Source: Octopus vulgaris
Lineage: Eukaryota
Reading direction: 5' to 3'
Assembly (NCBI GenBank): GCA_951406725.2
Contig: OX597827.1
Location: 57,536,001 to 57,600,000, forward strand
Length of the DNA: 64,000 nucleotides
The notes under the pieces were generated by a model. It made no database searches and was not told where the DNA came from. It worked only from the letters and a program-made list of their open reading frames with translations. A program made the position numbers and the translations under genes. This document shows, one piece after another, positions 23,879 to 36,544 of the stretch; position 1 is the stretch's first letter; each line of letters begins with the position of its first letter.

Positions 23879-24285
23879 GTTAGTATATATATATATGTAT
23901 ATGCATATATACATATATATTAATATAATATTTTTGGACTTTGTTTTGTCCATTTCTTTCACATTGTCATTGGTTGGACAAGTATAGAAATATTTATTCC
24001 TATCAGATAAACATACTACCACCACCCAAACCCTAGCAGTGCACCTACGTCTCTGTATCTTACCCACCAAACACTACACTAACCACTTTCTCTTCTGACT
24101 CATAACTGCATTTCCCTGGAACATCCTCCCTCTCTTTTCACCTTACCAGCTTTCTCCGGTATCAACCCATGGAAAAGTTCAAGCTAAACTTGAATGGCAT
24201 CTGAGAGTGTCTTGCAAAAGGTCATTGTCATCATTTTCCAATTAAAATAAATATATAAATAAACTATTAAAGTGTTTGTTTAGGA

Positions 24286-24504
24286 CAGTGGTTCTTGACC
24301 AGGGTCCTTATGACCTTTGGGGGTCCATATTAGATTTTGTTAAAATTTATGTGCAATAAAATTGGTTACACTTCTACAATATACAATTTTTTTTATACAA
24401 TTCCTAATAATATTCAATTATGAAAATATGGGACTTTTTTGAACATCAAATGTTTTTTAAGGTTTAGTTGGGGTCCATAAGCAATAAATGGTTGAGAACC
24501 ACTG
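24286..24504. mobile_element. hAT-like MITE
   Basis: CAGTGGTTCTTGACC...GGTTGAGAACCACTG; TSD GTTTAGGA/GTTTAAGA. Confidence 0.8.
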
Positions 24505-27500
24505 GTTTAAGATATGTTCAGGATTAGGGTATAAATAATGCTTCTAAACTAGCCAGCTTCTTCATTTCTACTGATGACTGTAATCTCAGTTCTGCCAGTA
24601 GAGTCACTAGTAATGCAAAGAGTAATACATCTGACAGAGAAATCTGGATACTAAAGAACATACCTGTTGACATCAAAATAAAATGTTAGTTTGAAATCAA
24701 ACTGCTTTCTGTGTGGCTTTTCAATGTCAGCATCATTAATGTATCATTTTATTTATTACCTTTTAGGGATGCTTTTATCTTGGCAGTATAAACTACCAAG
24801 CTAAGATCAATATCTAGTTAGTTCAACACACCACTATCTAGTTATTCTCTGGTCTGCTTGTTAAGTAAGTGACATAAAGAATGATTCAGGGTTTATAGGT
24901 TATGAAGTGAAAGCTCTGAAAACATACTCTAGAAACAAAACATTACATGAAGCATAGATGCAATGAAGTGTTAGAATGGGAAGAGACAACCTAAGGCGGT
25001 GATCTGGCAGAATCGTTAGCACGCCAGGTGAAATGCTTTGCAGTATTTTGTCTGCTGCTACGTTCTGAATTCAAATTCCGCTGAGGTTGACTTTGTCTTT
25101 CATCCTTTCGAGGTCGATAAATTAAATACCAGTTACACACTGGGGTCAATGTAATCGACTTAATCCCTTTGTCCTTGTTTGTCCCCTCTATGTTTAGCCC
25201 CTTGTGGGCAATAAAAAAATAAGAATGGGTAGGAATAACCTTTTTCAAGAAGCAGGCCAGATGAGACATGGTTCATCATTAGGCAGGCTGCACTACTAAA
25301 AAAAAAATTCAAGGTTCTTTTTCATTAGTATGCCATTCAGAAAAGTCCCATGAGCCACAGATTGCCCATGTCTATATTAGAGCAGGCACTCGTACACTTT
25401 CACATCAGATTTAACAGTTTTACTTTTTGTTTAACACTCAGTCAAACAAGTGTTGGTGCTATGAAAATAAATGGCCGGTACACTCTGTAATGTAGTTGGT
25501 GTTAGGAAGGGCATCCTAACAGCTACAGAAACCAAGTCAAGATAGACACTGGAGCAAGATGTGGGCTTCTTAACTGTCAGATCTTGTTGGACTCTCCAAC
25601 CCATGCTAGCATGGAAAGTAGATGTAAAATAAGGAGAAGGATGCTGATGATGGTGGTGATGGCAATGACAACTTAATTTTGCTTTTTTACACTTCCACAG
25701 CTTACTCTTATTTTTCACTTTATAACTTGCCTTCATTACATAGTCTCTGTAGTTGCCCATCCTGTTAGAAATAGCAACAAAATATCTTCAACAAATGGTA
25801 AATATCAAGTCACTTCATTCTACTACCACCACTGCCTTTCTTTTTCTTTTTTTAGTAATTTACTTTAATTTCCCATTCGTGTTTGACCATTTCCTCAGAC
25901 ATATTCCAAGGTGAACCAGCACTTGAGTACCACAAATAAAGTAGGCTAAAATTTGTAGTGCTTATAGTTTGGTACAAATGTCACAGTCTGAATTTGTGAT
26001 ATATAATTGGATTCTATGTCTGGGGGCCTTCTTCATCTTTAGTATTTTTCTTACTCTAACATTATTTTACTTCAAAGATTGTATTTTCTTCTTGTTATTG
26101 TATGTGGGTACCAAGCTGGAGTTAAAATGTGAAAAAGAAATTGTTTTAGTGTAAAAAGAAATGTTTCAAAGTTTTAGATGTAGTGCAAAAGTGTAGTTGT
26201 GGCCAAGAGGTCGGCTGTTTATATCCTATCATGAGTACTCTTGTAGCCAAGACACTTTAACTTTGATGATCAGGTTCAACTGGCTATCAGAAAATGCTAT
26301 AGAGCAGGGTAACTCACTGCTGTAAGCACCAGCAGTTGTAAATTTAACAAACATTTTGTTAGTTTGCAGTGCTAAGTTAATGCTTAGTTGAAGGCCTGGG
26401 AAAGCCAATCTGAAACTACTTAACTGTAATGCTGTTATGAAGATTGTGGTCAACCAGGGTTATGGGATTAACTACATGCCTCATATTTATATATCTGTAT
26501 ATCATCATCTTCATCATCATTTAACCCTTTTGTTACCAACCCGGCTGAAACTGGCTCTGGCTTTGTAGTACAAATGTCTTGTTTTCATAAATTTTGAATT
26601 AAAATCTTCCCCCAAACCTTAGTCACAATTTATGTTCCTATCACTAGCTTAATGATAACTAAGTTATTTTACTAAATTCTTTGTTACATCTAAAATAATT
26701 GAAAGAAACACAGATCATCTCAAAATAAATAATTGAAAGAAACACAGAGCATCTCAAAATAAATAATTGAAAGAAACACAGAGCATCTCAAAATAAATAT
26801 GGCATGAGTTGGATGGTTTGGCAAGAGCTGGCAAGCCTGAAAACTGTGCCAAGCTCCACTTTCTTTTGGCATGTTTTTTATAGCTGGATGCCTTTCCTAA
26901 TGCCAACCACTTCACAGAGTAGACTGGGTGCTTTCCATGTGGCACCAGCACTGATGAGATCTGTTTTGGCATGGTTTTCATGGCTAGATGTCCTTCCTAA
27001 TGCCAACCATTTTGCAGAGTGGACTGGGTGCTTTTTACATTGCACTAGCACCAGTGTGGTCTTTTTGACTGGATGCCCTTCCTAATGCCAACCACTTTAC
27101 AGGGCGGACTGAGAGCTTTTTATGTGGCAGCAGGCACCAGCCTACAAAATCTCCAATATATTACAATGAACAGTGTGGCTGGACAGAAAAAAACGAAAGC
27201 AGGATAGTTACAGCTGAAACACCTTTCATGTCATGGCCAACTTCATCTAAGCTAAAGAGCAAACAAGTATCTACAAGTAGGCTGTGTATGCAATTTTAGA
27301 CATGCGTTGTTGAGAAGTTTGCTTTTAAACCACACCATCCTAGTCCCTGTTCCACAACATGGCACCTCAGGCAAGCATTGTTCACTACAATTCCAATATA
27401 TTATTAGATAATAAATCATATGGTATACACCTTACTGGTAAAGCATGTTCACTTTCAAAGTGCTTGTTGGGTATTTGGTTAATGAGAAAGACAGAAGACG

Positions 27501-27688
27501 GAAGGTATGAGAATGTTTATTAATCACCACAATTGTTTCGCTCTATCTAGCATTGATCCCTCATGCGTGGTGTACTGAACAACTAGTTTAGGAGCATCTG
27601 TTGAAAAAAGTATTAAAAATACTTTTTTGCTGTATTATATATTTGTTTCTTTTTGCATCTGATATTTATTATTATTGATCTTCTATAA

Positions 27689-27940
27689 TGTGGAGGCACA
27701 TGGTCTAGTGGTTAGAGCAGTGGTCGAGGGATCACAGGTTTGAATCTCAGACCGGGCGATGTGTGTGTTTATGAGCGAAAACACCTAAGCTCTACACAAC
27801 TCTGGCAGAAGGTAATGGTGAACTTCTGCTGACTCTTTCACCACAACTTTCTCTCACTCTTTCCTCCTGCATCATGCAACAGACTGGCGTCCTGTCCAAG
27901 TGGGGAACCTATATGCCAAGGAAACCGGGAAACCGGCCCT
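27689..27940 (+). mobile_element. tRNA-derived SINE family D; copies at ~31227-31505 (+) and 21912-22205 (-)
   Basis: GGAGGCACATGG(C/T)CTAGTGGTTAGAGC head; TGTTTATGAGCGAAACACCTAAGCTC core. Confidence 0.75.
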
Positions 27941-28191
27941 TCTATAATAATGAAGCTGTATCCCTTAATTTGCTTCTTTTGTCTACACATACCAAGAAGA
28001 AAACTAACAGAGCAGATGTTATTTTAATGAGAGACATCTTATAATCATCTGAAGAGACACATCAACACTGACAGATACTCCTAATTAGTTGTTTAGTATC
28101 CCACCCATGAGATATCGATGCTAGATGGGTCAAAACAATTGTGATCAATAAACATTCTTGTATCTTCCATCTCTCTCTCATTAATCAAATA

Positions 28192-29167
28192 TCTATATTC
28201 ATAAATGGCAATTTGTGGCTGTGTGTGTTTGTGAATTTGTTACTTTAACTCCTCAGAGACTGAACTTGATGAAACTTGACACGTGTGGGGGGCTTATGCC
28301 CATCTGGTCACTTATGCATTTGGAATTTCAAAAAAAATCGATAATTTTTAATCAGCATCGATTTTTCAAAAATCAATAGCACATTTCAATGCAAATTCTC
28401 ATATGAATGTTATTTTCTGCCTTAACTTTTAAAGTTTTCAACCAATTTTCTTGAAATATTATACACAGATGGAATATGTGCTCAGGCTGGGTTGAGACAA
28501 ATAAATTTTTACCTAGGCCACTCAAGCAAAGCATAAGATGATTTTTGATTAGCTAACTAATTAACGAAATTTGGCCTAAATTGTTGTGGGTTTAAAATGT
28601 TCATCAATTATTTCAGCATTCTCAGGTTGCTGTAACATGTATAATATGTTTAATAAAATCATAACTGATCTTCCCATATTTTCTTAACACCTGCACTTAA
28701 AATTATCAATTCTAAATGTTGCAGCTTCGCGTCCTAAAACATGTAACATGTATTTTCTTAACACCTGCACTTAAAATTGTCGGTTCTAACTGTTGCAATT
28801 GATATTTGATTTTCATGATCAGTGGAACTATACCCACGAATCACAGTTGTCAAACTAAATGCTTTTTCTCTAAATAAATTTCTGTTTAATTTTCAAACTT
28901 TTATGTTAGTATTTTTATCATAGCACTCCTTTACAATTCCCTTCTTGATGTTTCCATTGATTATATATTTGCAGCTTTCCACTCATCTGACCAAACAATT
29001 GTCATTTTCCATTTCCACACATATTTAATTGTATTATTGTTTTGTGAATGAATTTACTTATGCCTTCTATTATCTGTTCCTATGTCTTGATTTCATTTTT
29101 CATCTGAGAGAAATTAGGCATTGTAATGGGTACCGGGAATATCCCTGCTCCCAGGTACCCTGGCTAG
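28192..29167 (+). mobile_element. Non-autonomous Helitron-like element
   Basis: A|TC start; GGGTACC...GGTACCC hairpin followed by CTAG|T end. Confidence 0.6.
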
Positions 29168-29209
29168 TTTATATATATACATATATATAAATATACACAC
29201 ACACACATG

Positions 29210-29423
29210 AGGGGGTACTGAAAAGTTCCTGGCTTTAAAGGTATCATGAAAGGCCTGGTTGGAAGCCCAAACTTCTGAGTTCTTTTATAGGGCTTAGAAG
29301 AACTGAAGGACCACTGCAGTAAGTGTGTGAATCTGACAGGGGAATATGTTTAATAAAATCATAATTAACTGATCTTCCCATATTTTCTTTTGCCCAAAAC
29401 CAGGAATTTTTCAGCAACCCCTT
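29210..29423. mobile_element. Tc1/mariner-type MITE; related copy at 32612-32794 (reverse orientation), fragment at ~37877-37920
   Basis: GAGGGGGTACTGAAAAGTTCCTGG...CCAGGAATTTTTCAGCAACCCCTT inverted termini in TA-rich context. Confidence 0.7.
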
Positions 29424-29559
29424 GTATATATATATATATATTTATAAAAATGAAGTTTGAAAATGCCACTATATAAGATAAATTTTAATTTTCTTAGAAA
29501 TTTGACTGCAGTTTCTGGGTATTGACCCGTCATCAGCGCACGACAATCACCGGTTTTCG

Positions 29560-29597
<38 letters not shown>

Positions 29598-29644
29598 GAT
29601 ATGTATATATATTTACATATTTATTTATATATATATATTTATTT

Positions 29645-30028
29645 GAGTGGCTGTGTGGTAAGTAGCTTGCTTATCAACCACATGGTTCCGGGTTCAGTCC
29701 CACTGCATGACACCTTGGGCAAGTGTCTTCAACTATAGCCCTGGGCCGACCAAAGCCTTTTGAATGGATTTGGTAGACGGAAACTGAAAGAAGCCCATCA
29801 TATATATGTATATATATATATATCTGTGTGTCTGTGCCCCCCCCCCCCCCAACATCACTTGAGAACCAATGCTGGTGTGTTTATGTCCCCGTAACTTAGC
29901 GGTTCAGCAAAAGAGACCGATAGAATAAGCGCTAGGCTTACAAAGAATAAGTCCTGAGGGCGATTTGCTCAACTAAAAGCGGTGCTCCAGCATGGCCGCA
30001 GTCAAATGACTGAAACAAGTAAAAGAGT
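29645..30028 (+). mobile_element. tRNA-derived SINE family A, full-length copy
   Basis: GTGGCTGTGTGGTAAGTAGC...GGTTCAGTCCC...GACTGAAACAAGTAAAAGAG. Confidence 0.85.
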
Positions 30029-30597
30029 ATGTATATAATCTATGTCAATATTATCTAACTCTACACTATATTTCAACCATTTCGATCTCCATTTGTCATC
30101 GGGTGTTTTCGTTCATAAATGTGTGACTCAGAATGAATTCAAGCAAGAAACCTATATTTCTAAACTATATGTGTGACCACCACCTTATTCTCTAAACCAC
30201 TGGTGCGTGTATTACATACCTATCCATGATTATGACATCTGGTGACAGTGAGAAATGCAAAGTATTCATATGTATTTAATATTTAAAAAAAAAAATAGGA
30301 TACATTCATCTTTAACCATTTCATTTCCATATTTCTACTGAAATATACAACCTGTGCTTCAATTAATTTTTAAATTAATTAAGCATTTAGCACAATAATT
30401 TTGTCATTATTAAGCTGTTGCTTGGAACTTAAATTAGCATAAAATTTTGATGGAAGATTTGAATTTAGATCACTTTAAAACAAGATGCTTGTGTCCTAAA
30501 ACCAGGGGCATTTCTGTGGGTTGGTAACAAAAGGGTTTTAAAGTGAAATTAATCTGAAAAAATAATAATTTTTTTTCAAAATTGCTTCTTTTTTCAG

Positions 30598-30805
30598 GGC
30601 TGTTGGGAATCCCTTATGATACATGTGTTCAACAGTATGTTAGTGCCATAAAAAACTGGCCCACTTCTCTACCAAAAACCATTCATTTTGTTCTCTTCGA
30701 TGACGATATGTTCAATAAAATAAAAGATTCTTTCAAAGCTAATTTCAGCAAGTGGCATCCATCGACTGCAGATTCAACATCAAATGCAAATACTGAAGAG
30801 AAAAG
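30598..30805 (+). CDS. Macro-RING-DTC gene exon 3: end of macrodomain and start of linker
   Basis: tttcag|GGCTG...AAAAG|gtaaac; GLLGIPYDTCVQQYVSAIKNW...KTIHFVLFDDDMFNKIKDSF completes the macro fold; phase 1 in, phase 2 out. Confidence 0.9.
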
Positions 30806-31058
30806 GTAAACTTATACCATCACCAGTTTATATACTCTTATTTGTCCAACATGAAAGGTGTAGTTGTGTGGTAAGGAGTTTGCTTCCCAAGCATATGGTT
30901 TTGGTTTCAGTCCCACTGTATTGTACCTTGGGTAGGTGTCTTCTACTATCGCATTGGGTTGACCAAAGCCTTGTACGGGTAGAGATGTAAATGCAAAGAT
31001 ATTCAAGTTAGACAGGTCAATTTATAAAGACTAATTTGCATATCCCATCATTTACTTA

Positions 31059-31108
<50 letters not shown>

Positions 31109-31529
31109 TAGATAGAAATGGCAAGACAACAAAAGAATGAAAGCGACCTCGATATTATATAAATAGAGGAATTTATCTGTAAATATATTATGTGACAATT
31201 ATATTTACAGATTTATATATATATATGTGGAGGCACATGGCCTAGTGGTTAGAGCAGTGGATTCGGGATCGTGGGTTCGAATCTCAGACCGTGCAATGTG
31301 TGTGTTTATGAGCGAAACACCTAAGCTCCATGCGGTTCTGGCAGAAGGTAATGACAAACTTCTGCTGACTTTTTCACCACAACTTTCTCTCACGCTTTCC
31401 TCCTGCATCTTGCAGCTCACCTGCAACAGACCAGCGTCCTGTACAGGTGGGGAACCTATACGCCAAGGAAACTGGCCCTATGAGCCAGGCATGGCTCGAG
31501 AAGAAACACACATTTATATATATATATAT

Positions 31530-32580
31530 AGTGAGAATTTACAAAAAAACAAAAGACGGGTGTGTAAACAACAAACACATGTATTAGTTTAATGCTCAGG
31601 AAGTGAGAAAGTCTTTTACGTTTCGAGCCTATGCTCCTCAACAGAAAGGAACACAGAAATAAACCGGGATAGAAAATAGAAAAGGTTTAGTGGCTAGCAA
31701 TCTATCATGGTGAATGCTGGACAGAGGGATCACATAGGAAGAAGGGGAGATAATAAAGTAGTGGTGATCCCAAAACAAAGGTGCGCATGTGTGTGTATGT
31801 GAGAGCGTGTACGTGCATGTGGAAGGGTGCTGGTGACCTTGATGTGTGGATGATGGTGTAGGTGCTGGGAAATGGTCAGGGTGGGGTGGGATAATGAGGG
31901 AGGTGGTGACGATGAAGGGAGAAGGTAGGAAGTAGGTATATGAAAAGGGGAGGGGGAGTTAAACCCATGTGGCACAAAGGAGCTAAGAGAAGATTAATCC
32001 CTGTTCACAGCAAAGACGGGAGTTCGGATGGCTCCTGTGCAAGGACAATCTGAACGCAGACAGGTGTTGTAAAGGATGACTTTTTTCTTAGAGCAGAAAT
32101 GGCATGAGACCGGGGTGTTGTTGCTGAGTCTGATGTCTTGGAGGTGTTCCGCGAACTGGTCAGCCAAGCGGTGTCCTATTTGACTGATGTACAGAGAGAG
32201 CAGGAGATGCAGTAGATGACGTTGCTAGCAGTGTAGGTGAAGGAATCAGTGATATGATGGGTGTCTGTGAGGAGGGTGGTGTTGGAGAGGTAAGGGCAAG
32301 CGTGGGAGCAGGGGAACGAGCTGGGTTAGGGAAGAAGCTGTGGACCAAGAAGTTTCGTAGGTTGTGGGCTTGTTTGAAGGAGGGGAAGTATTGGACTGTA
32401 GTCGCCAGAAGGCTCAGAGAATGGTGCATTGGAGAGGCAGAGTGGTAGGTGAGGGGTGATGGCGGTGGAAGAGAGCTGATGCACAGCCCACGAAACATGC
32501 TCTGGCAAGGGCGGTGTGAATAGTGGTGAGGGGATATCCACGTAGGATGTAGTGAGCCATGAGTTGAGACTGAGTCTCAA
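31530..32580 (-). mobile_element. Penelope-like retroelement 3' remnant with frameshifted GIY-YIG endonuclease and terminal hammerhead motif; inverted terminal copy at ~33153-33250
   Basis: Minus-strand FKQAHNLRNFLVHS; SFTYTASNVIYCISCSLC; LYISQIGHRLADQFAEHLQDIRLSNNTPVSCHF. Confidence 0.8.
31611..31648 (-). ncRNA. Candidate minimal hammerhead ribozyme of the Penelope-like element
   Basis: Minus strand CTTT-CTGTTGA-G-GAGC-ATAG-GCTC-GAAA-CG-TA-AAAG; stems I and II pair; core is the variant CUGUUGA. Confidence 0.55.
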
Positions 32581-33107
32581 AGTATATATATATATATATA
32601 TATATATATAAGAGGGGGTACTGAAAAGTGCTCAGCTTTGGGTAAAAGAAAATACAGGAGGATTAATTAATTATGATTTTATTCAACATATTCTCCTCTC
32701 AGGTTGACACACTGCAGCAGTCCTTCAGTTTTTCTGTATCCTGTAAAAGAATTCAGAATGTTCAGCTTCCAACCAGGCCTTTTCAGCACCCTCTTGTGTG
32801 TGTATGCATGATACTGTGTCCTTGCCTTGGCAACAAAAATGAAGTGTGTGTTACAAAGTTATCTTCCCAACCACATGGTTTCTGGTTCAGTCCTACAGCA
32901 TGGCACCTTAAGAAAGTGTCTTCTACTGTAGCCCTGGGCCAGCCAAAAATCTTGTGAATGGACTTGGTAAACAAAAACTGAAAGAACCCTGTCATATGTA
33001 TGTTTGTGTATATATGTATGTACATATATATTTGATGTGTGTGTGGATGTACCTCTATATGTCTGTACATACATATATATAAATACATACACATGCATTT
33101 ATTTATA

Positions 33108-33146
<39 letters not shown>

Positions 33147-33245
33147 TATATAAAAGACTTTTTCTATTCCTGAGCGCTATACTAATACATTTGTTTGTTT
33201 GTACACCACCTGCCTTCATCTTTTGTTTATTTTTGTAAACTTTCC

Positions 33246-33286
<41 letters not shown>

Positions 33287-33405
33287 TATTTAGAGAAAGA
33301 GACATACAGAGAATGTATGTATACTCATACACTGTTGTCTGGTGGATTAAATCAGTAATGTTTATCTGAGGAAGTCCTCAATATTTCTGTGATTTTTTAT
33401 GTAAA

Positions 33406-33697
33406 TCTTTATATATAAAAGTGAAGTTGTGTGAGTGTCTGTCTCCTACGATTTAGATTCCTAACTACTACCACATTTTGCGGTGCAGTTTAACCAAAAG
33501 CGGGTATCTTATAGTCGTGATTCATATCAAGCCCTTCTGGGTATTAGTGCGCATCTACAATTCAAAAAAAAAATTACCATCATTTTTTCCCATTTTTAAT
33601 GCATTTTTTTGCTATTATATAAGGGAAGTAACTCTCTAAAAATGCTTATATAGTTATTTCCCTTACAAACCCGAGCAACACCGGGCGATACTGCTAG
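33406..33697 (+). mobile_element. Non-autonomous Helitron
   Basis: A|TCTTTATATATAAAA start; CCCGAGCAACACCGGG hairpin then CTAG|T. Confidence 0.8.
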
Positions 33698-34090
33698 TCA
33701 GATATAAATTTAAATGTCAACAAATGTGATATCACTAGAAACAAGCCCATATGTAAAATATGTAGGGAAATGATGTTTTTCATGTCTTTCTGATTTCTTG
33801 TGCTTCCAATTTTTTTCATTTCACACAACATATCCCTTTAGCATTTAAACTGACCAGATCCTGCCCCGATATTATACTTGTTTTATGTTGAAATTGGCCA
33901 TATTCGGCCACTCACAGCTGTCCTGTGATGTCATACTAAAGATAAATAAGCCCACCTTTGAAATCCCAATGCGAAAAGATAATGCGTTAGCAATTCTAAA
34001 CGTTGTGAATAAATAAGCATTACATTAGACAGAGTAATCTGAATGCTAAAGGGATATATATATATATGTCTTTATTCATTTATTCGTTAG

Positions 34091-34526
34091 CCGAAAAAAG
34101 AAGTCCAGTGGGAAATCAGGTCACAGAAACCAGCCTGAGAAACATGGAAGAGATGCGTCATATATGAACGATACATCAGACGTGGACAGTGCATCAGATG
34201 TAGAGGACAGATCAGATGTGGAAGATGCTTCAGAAGCGAAAGGTGCATCTGGAGGACAGAATGGAGATTGTCCGATCTGCCTGTGCCCAATTACTGATGC
34301 TAAAACTTTGTCCCTTTGCGGACATGTATTCTGTCAGCAGTGCATTGACCATAGTTTCTCTGCGATTGGTCAATATTGTCCGATATGTCTAAAAGTCTAC
34401 GGAGTGATTACAGGCAATCAGCCATCTTCTTCGATGACGGTTCAAGACTCATTTAGTCATTTACCTGGTTTTGAAAATTCTCATTCATACCAGATATCAT
34501 ACCACATTCCCGGCGGAGTACAAGGT
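34091..34526 (+). CDS. Macro-RING-DTC gene exon 4: basic/acidic linker, C3HC4 RING, start of Deltex C-terminal domain (DTX3L-like E3 ligase)
   Basis: cgttag|CCGAAAA...CAAGGT|gtaagt; CPICLCPITDAKTLSLCGHVFCQQCI...CPICLKVYGVITGNQP...LPGF...ISYHIPGGVQG. Confidence 0.93.
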
Positions 34527-35335
34527 GTAAGTAATTCTATTTTTCGTCTTTTCTTTCTTCTTATTTTTTTAAAAATTGAAGTGATGACAGAAACGTTTGT
34601 AGCACCGAATTGAAGTGATGACAGAAACGTTTAAAGGTGGCGAGCTGGCAGAAATGTTAGCACACCGGGTGAAATGCTTAGCAGTATTTCGTCTGCCACT
34701 ATGTTCTGAGTTCAAATTCCACCAAGGTCGACTTTGCCTTTCATCCTTTTGGGGTCGATAAATTAAGTACCAGTTACGCACTGGGTCGATATAATTGAAT
34801 TAATCCGTTTGTCTGTCCTTGTTTGTCCCCTCTGTTTATCGCCCCTTGTGGGCAATAAAGAAATAAACGTTTATAGCTCACAGTAGGACACTATTTCTGC
34901 TCTTTTTTTTCAACATGACTGTTGCAATATAAAATGCACCCAATACACTCTGTAAAGTGGTTGGCTTTGAGAAGGGCATCCAGCCATGGAAACCATGCCT
35001 AAACAGACCTGATGTGGCCCCTGGCCTTGCCACTTCCTGTCAGGCTGTCCAACCCATGCCAGCATGGAAAACGAATGTTAAATGATGATGATGTTAATAT
35101 TACTATTCAAGAGTTGTATGAGGTATCAATGATGAGGTGGCTCAAATACCATTTCATTCATGCAATTAGACTTAATTCAATTGTTGTTTTGCCTCACATA
35201 GTTTCAAATTGAGTAAACCTATGATCAAAGACATTCCAGCTGTGATCATGTCATCTTTTTTTTTTCTCAGTTATGTTGTAGATGGTCACCACAAAGTCAA
35301 GTCTTTGTCATTGTGTGGTGGCTTATGTCCCTTAA

Positions 35336-35552
35336 CCCTTCCGTTGCCAACCCGGCTGAAACCAGCTCTGGCTCTTTAGTATAAATGTCTTGTTTTCATA
35401 AGTTTTGAATTCAAATTTTCCACCAAATCTTAGTTAAAATTTATGTTCCTAACACTAGCTTAATGATAACGAAGTTAATTTACTAAATTCTTTGTTATAT
35501 ATAAAATAATTGAAAGAAACACAGAGCATCTCAAAATACAGTAATGAAAGGG
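35336..35552. mobile_element. piggyBac-like MITE copy
   Basis: TTAA|CCCTT...AAAGGG|TTAA; reverse complement of the 10733-10954 family. Confidence 0.75.
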
Positions 35553-36503
35553 TTAATGCTCCTGGTAGGGCCTCAAATGCTCTTAGACAGGTCAAAAGAT
35601 TGAGGCCTCATTAATATGGGACACCTCTTCCAAGATTAATGACTTGTAGGGACACCGTATTTTGTTACACAACCATGATGTACTACAAAGTATATTAAAT
35701 GGTTTTTGAGTCAGTACTGTGTTCTGTATTAGCAGTGCTGTTAAATCACTTTTTAAGGTTATCTGTAAAGATAACGTTGATAAGTGCTTCTTCCAAGAAG
35801 TGAAAATAGGTTTGCATGCATAGGGCTCAACTTATATACTTATATATAAAAAAAAAAAAAATAAAAAAAACGGTTTATAGAAGAATTGATGACAATTTAA
35901 AAGCAGGAACACCTAGCAGAGGAAGACTCTTCTTCAGGTAAACATATGTCAGGCCCTAACCTTGAATTTGCAAGGGAGGTGGAAAAAGAGGGTGCCCTAA
36001 AAATAGGTGGATGTTGGATAATGAAACAGAACTGTGAAAGTAGGGATCCAACTAGAGTGAAACAGAAAGACAACATAAAGTTGAAAACAGTTGAGAAAAG
36101 TTGTTTGTGGTTTATACTTCATAGGTAACAAAGGACCTCAGTAAGTCTGTTATAGACGAGACTGCATCATCCAATGCATTCTTGCTCTTTATTTTTTTCT
36201 TTTTTTAAAGATGACCAAGTAGGATTTGAAGGATATTTAGCTGTTATTTTTCTAACAGGTTTGCGTGTCTATGACGAGCCTTTCTCATTAACTTCAGACT
36301 TGTTTTATTTACACATTTTTATTGCAATTTGTGAACCAGGATTAGTTATAGGTGTCCAACAAGCCAGTCACTGGTTCACTGCATTTCTGATGATGCGGAT
36401 AAGAAGGGATTGTCTCTAACCCAGGTAGAGCAAACATCACAAGGGATTTCATTCAAGAGTCCCAGCTTATTGGATTTCTTGATAATTTATGCATCATCAA
36501 AGG

Positions 36504-36544
<41 letters not shown>

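Noticed and set aside
29645-29720. tRNA genes at A/B-box sequences
   Set aside because: They continue into SINE bodies present in many diverged copies; no intact cloverleaf seen
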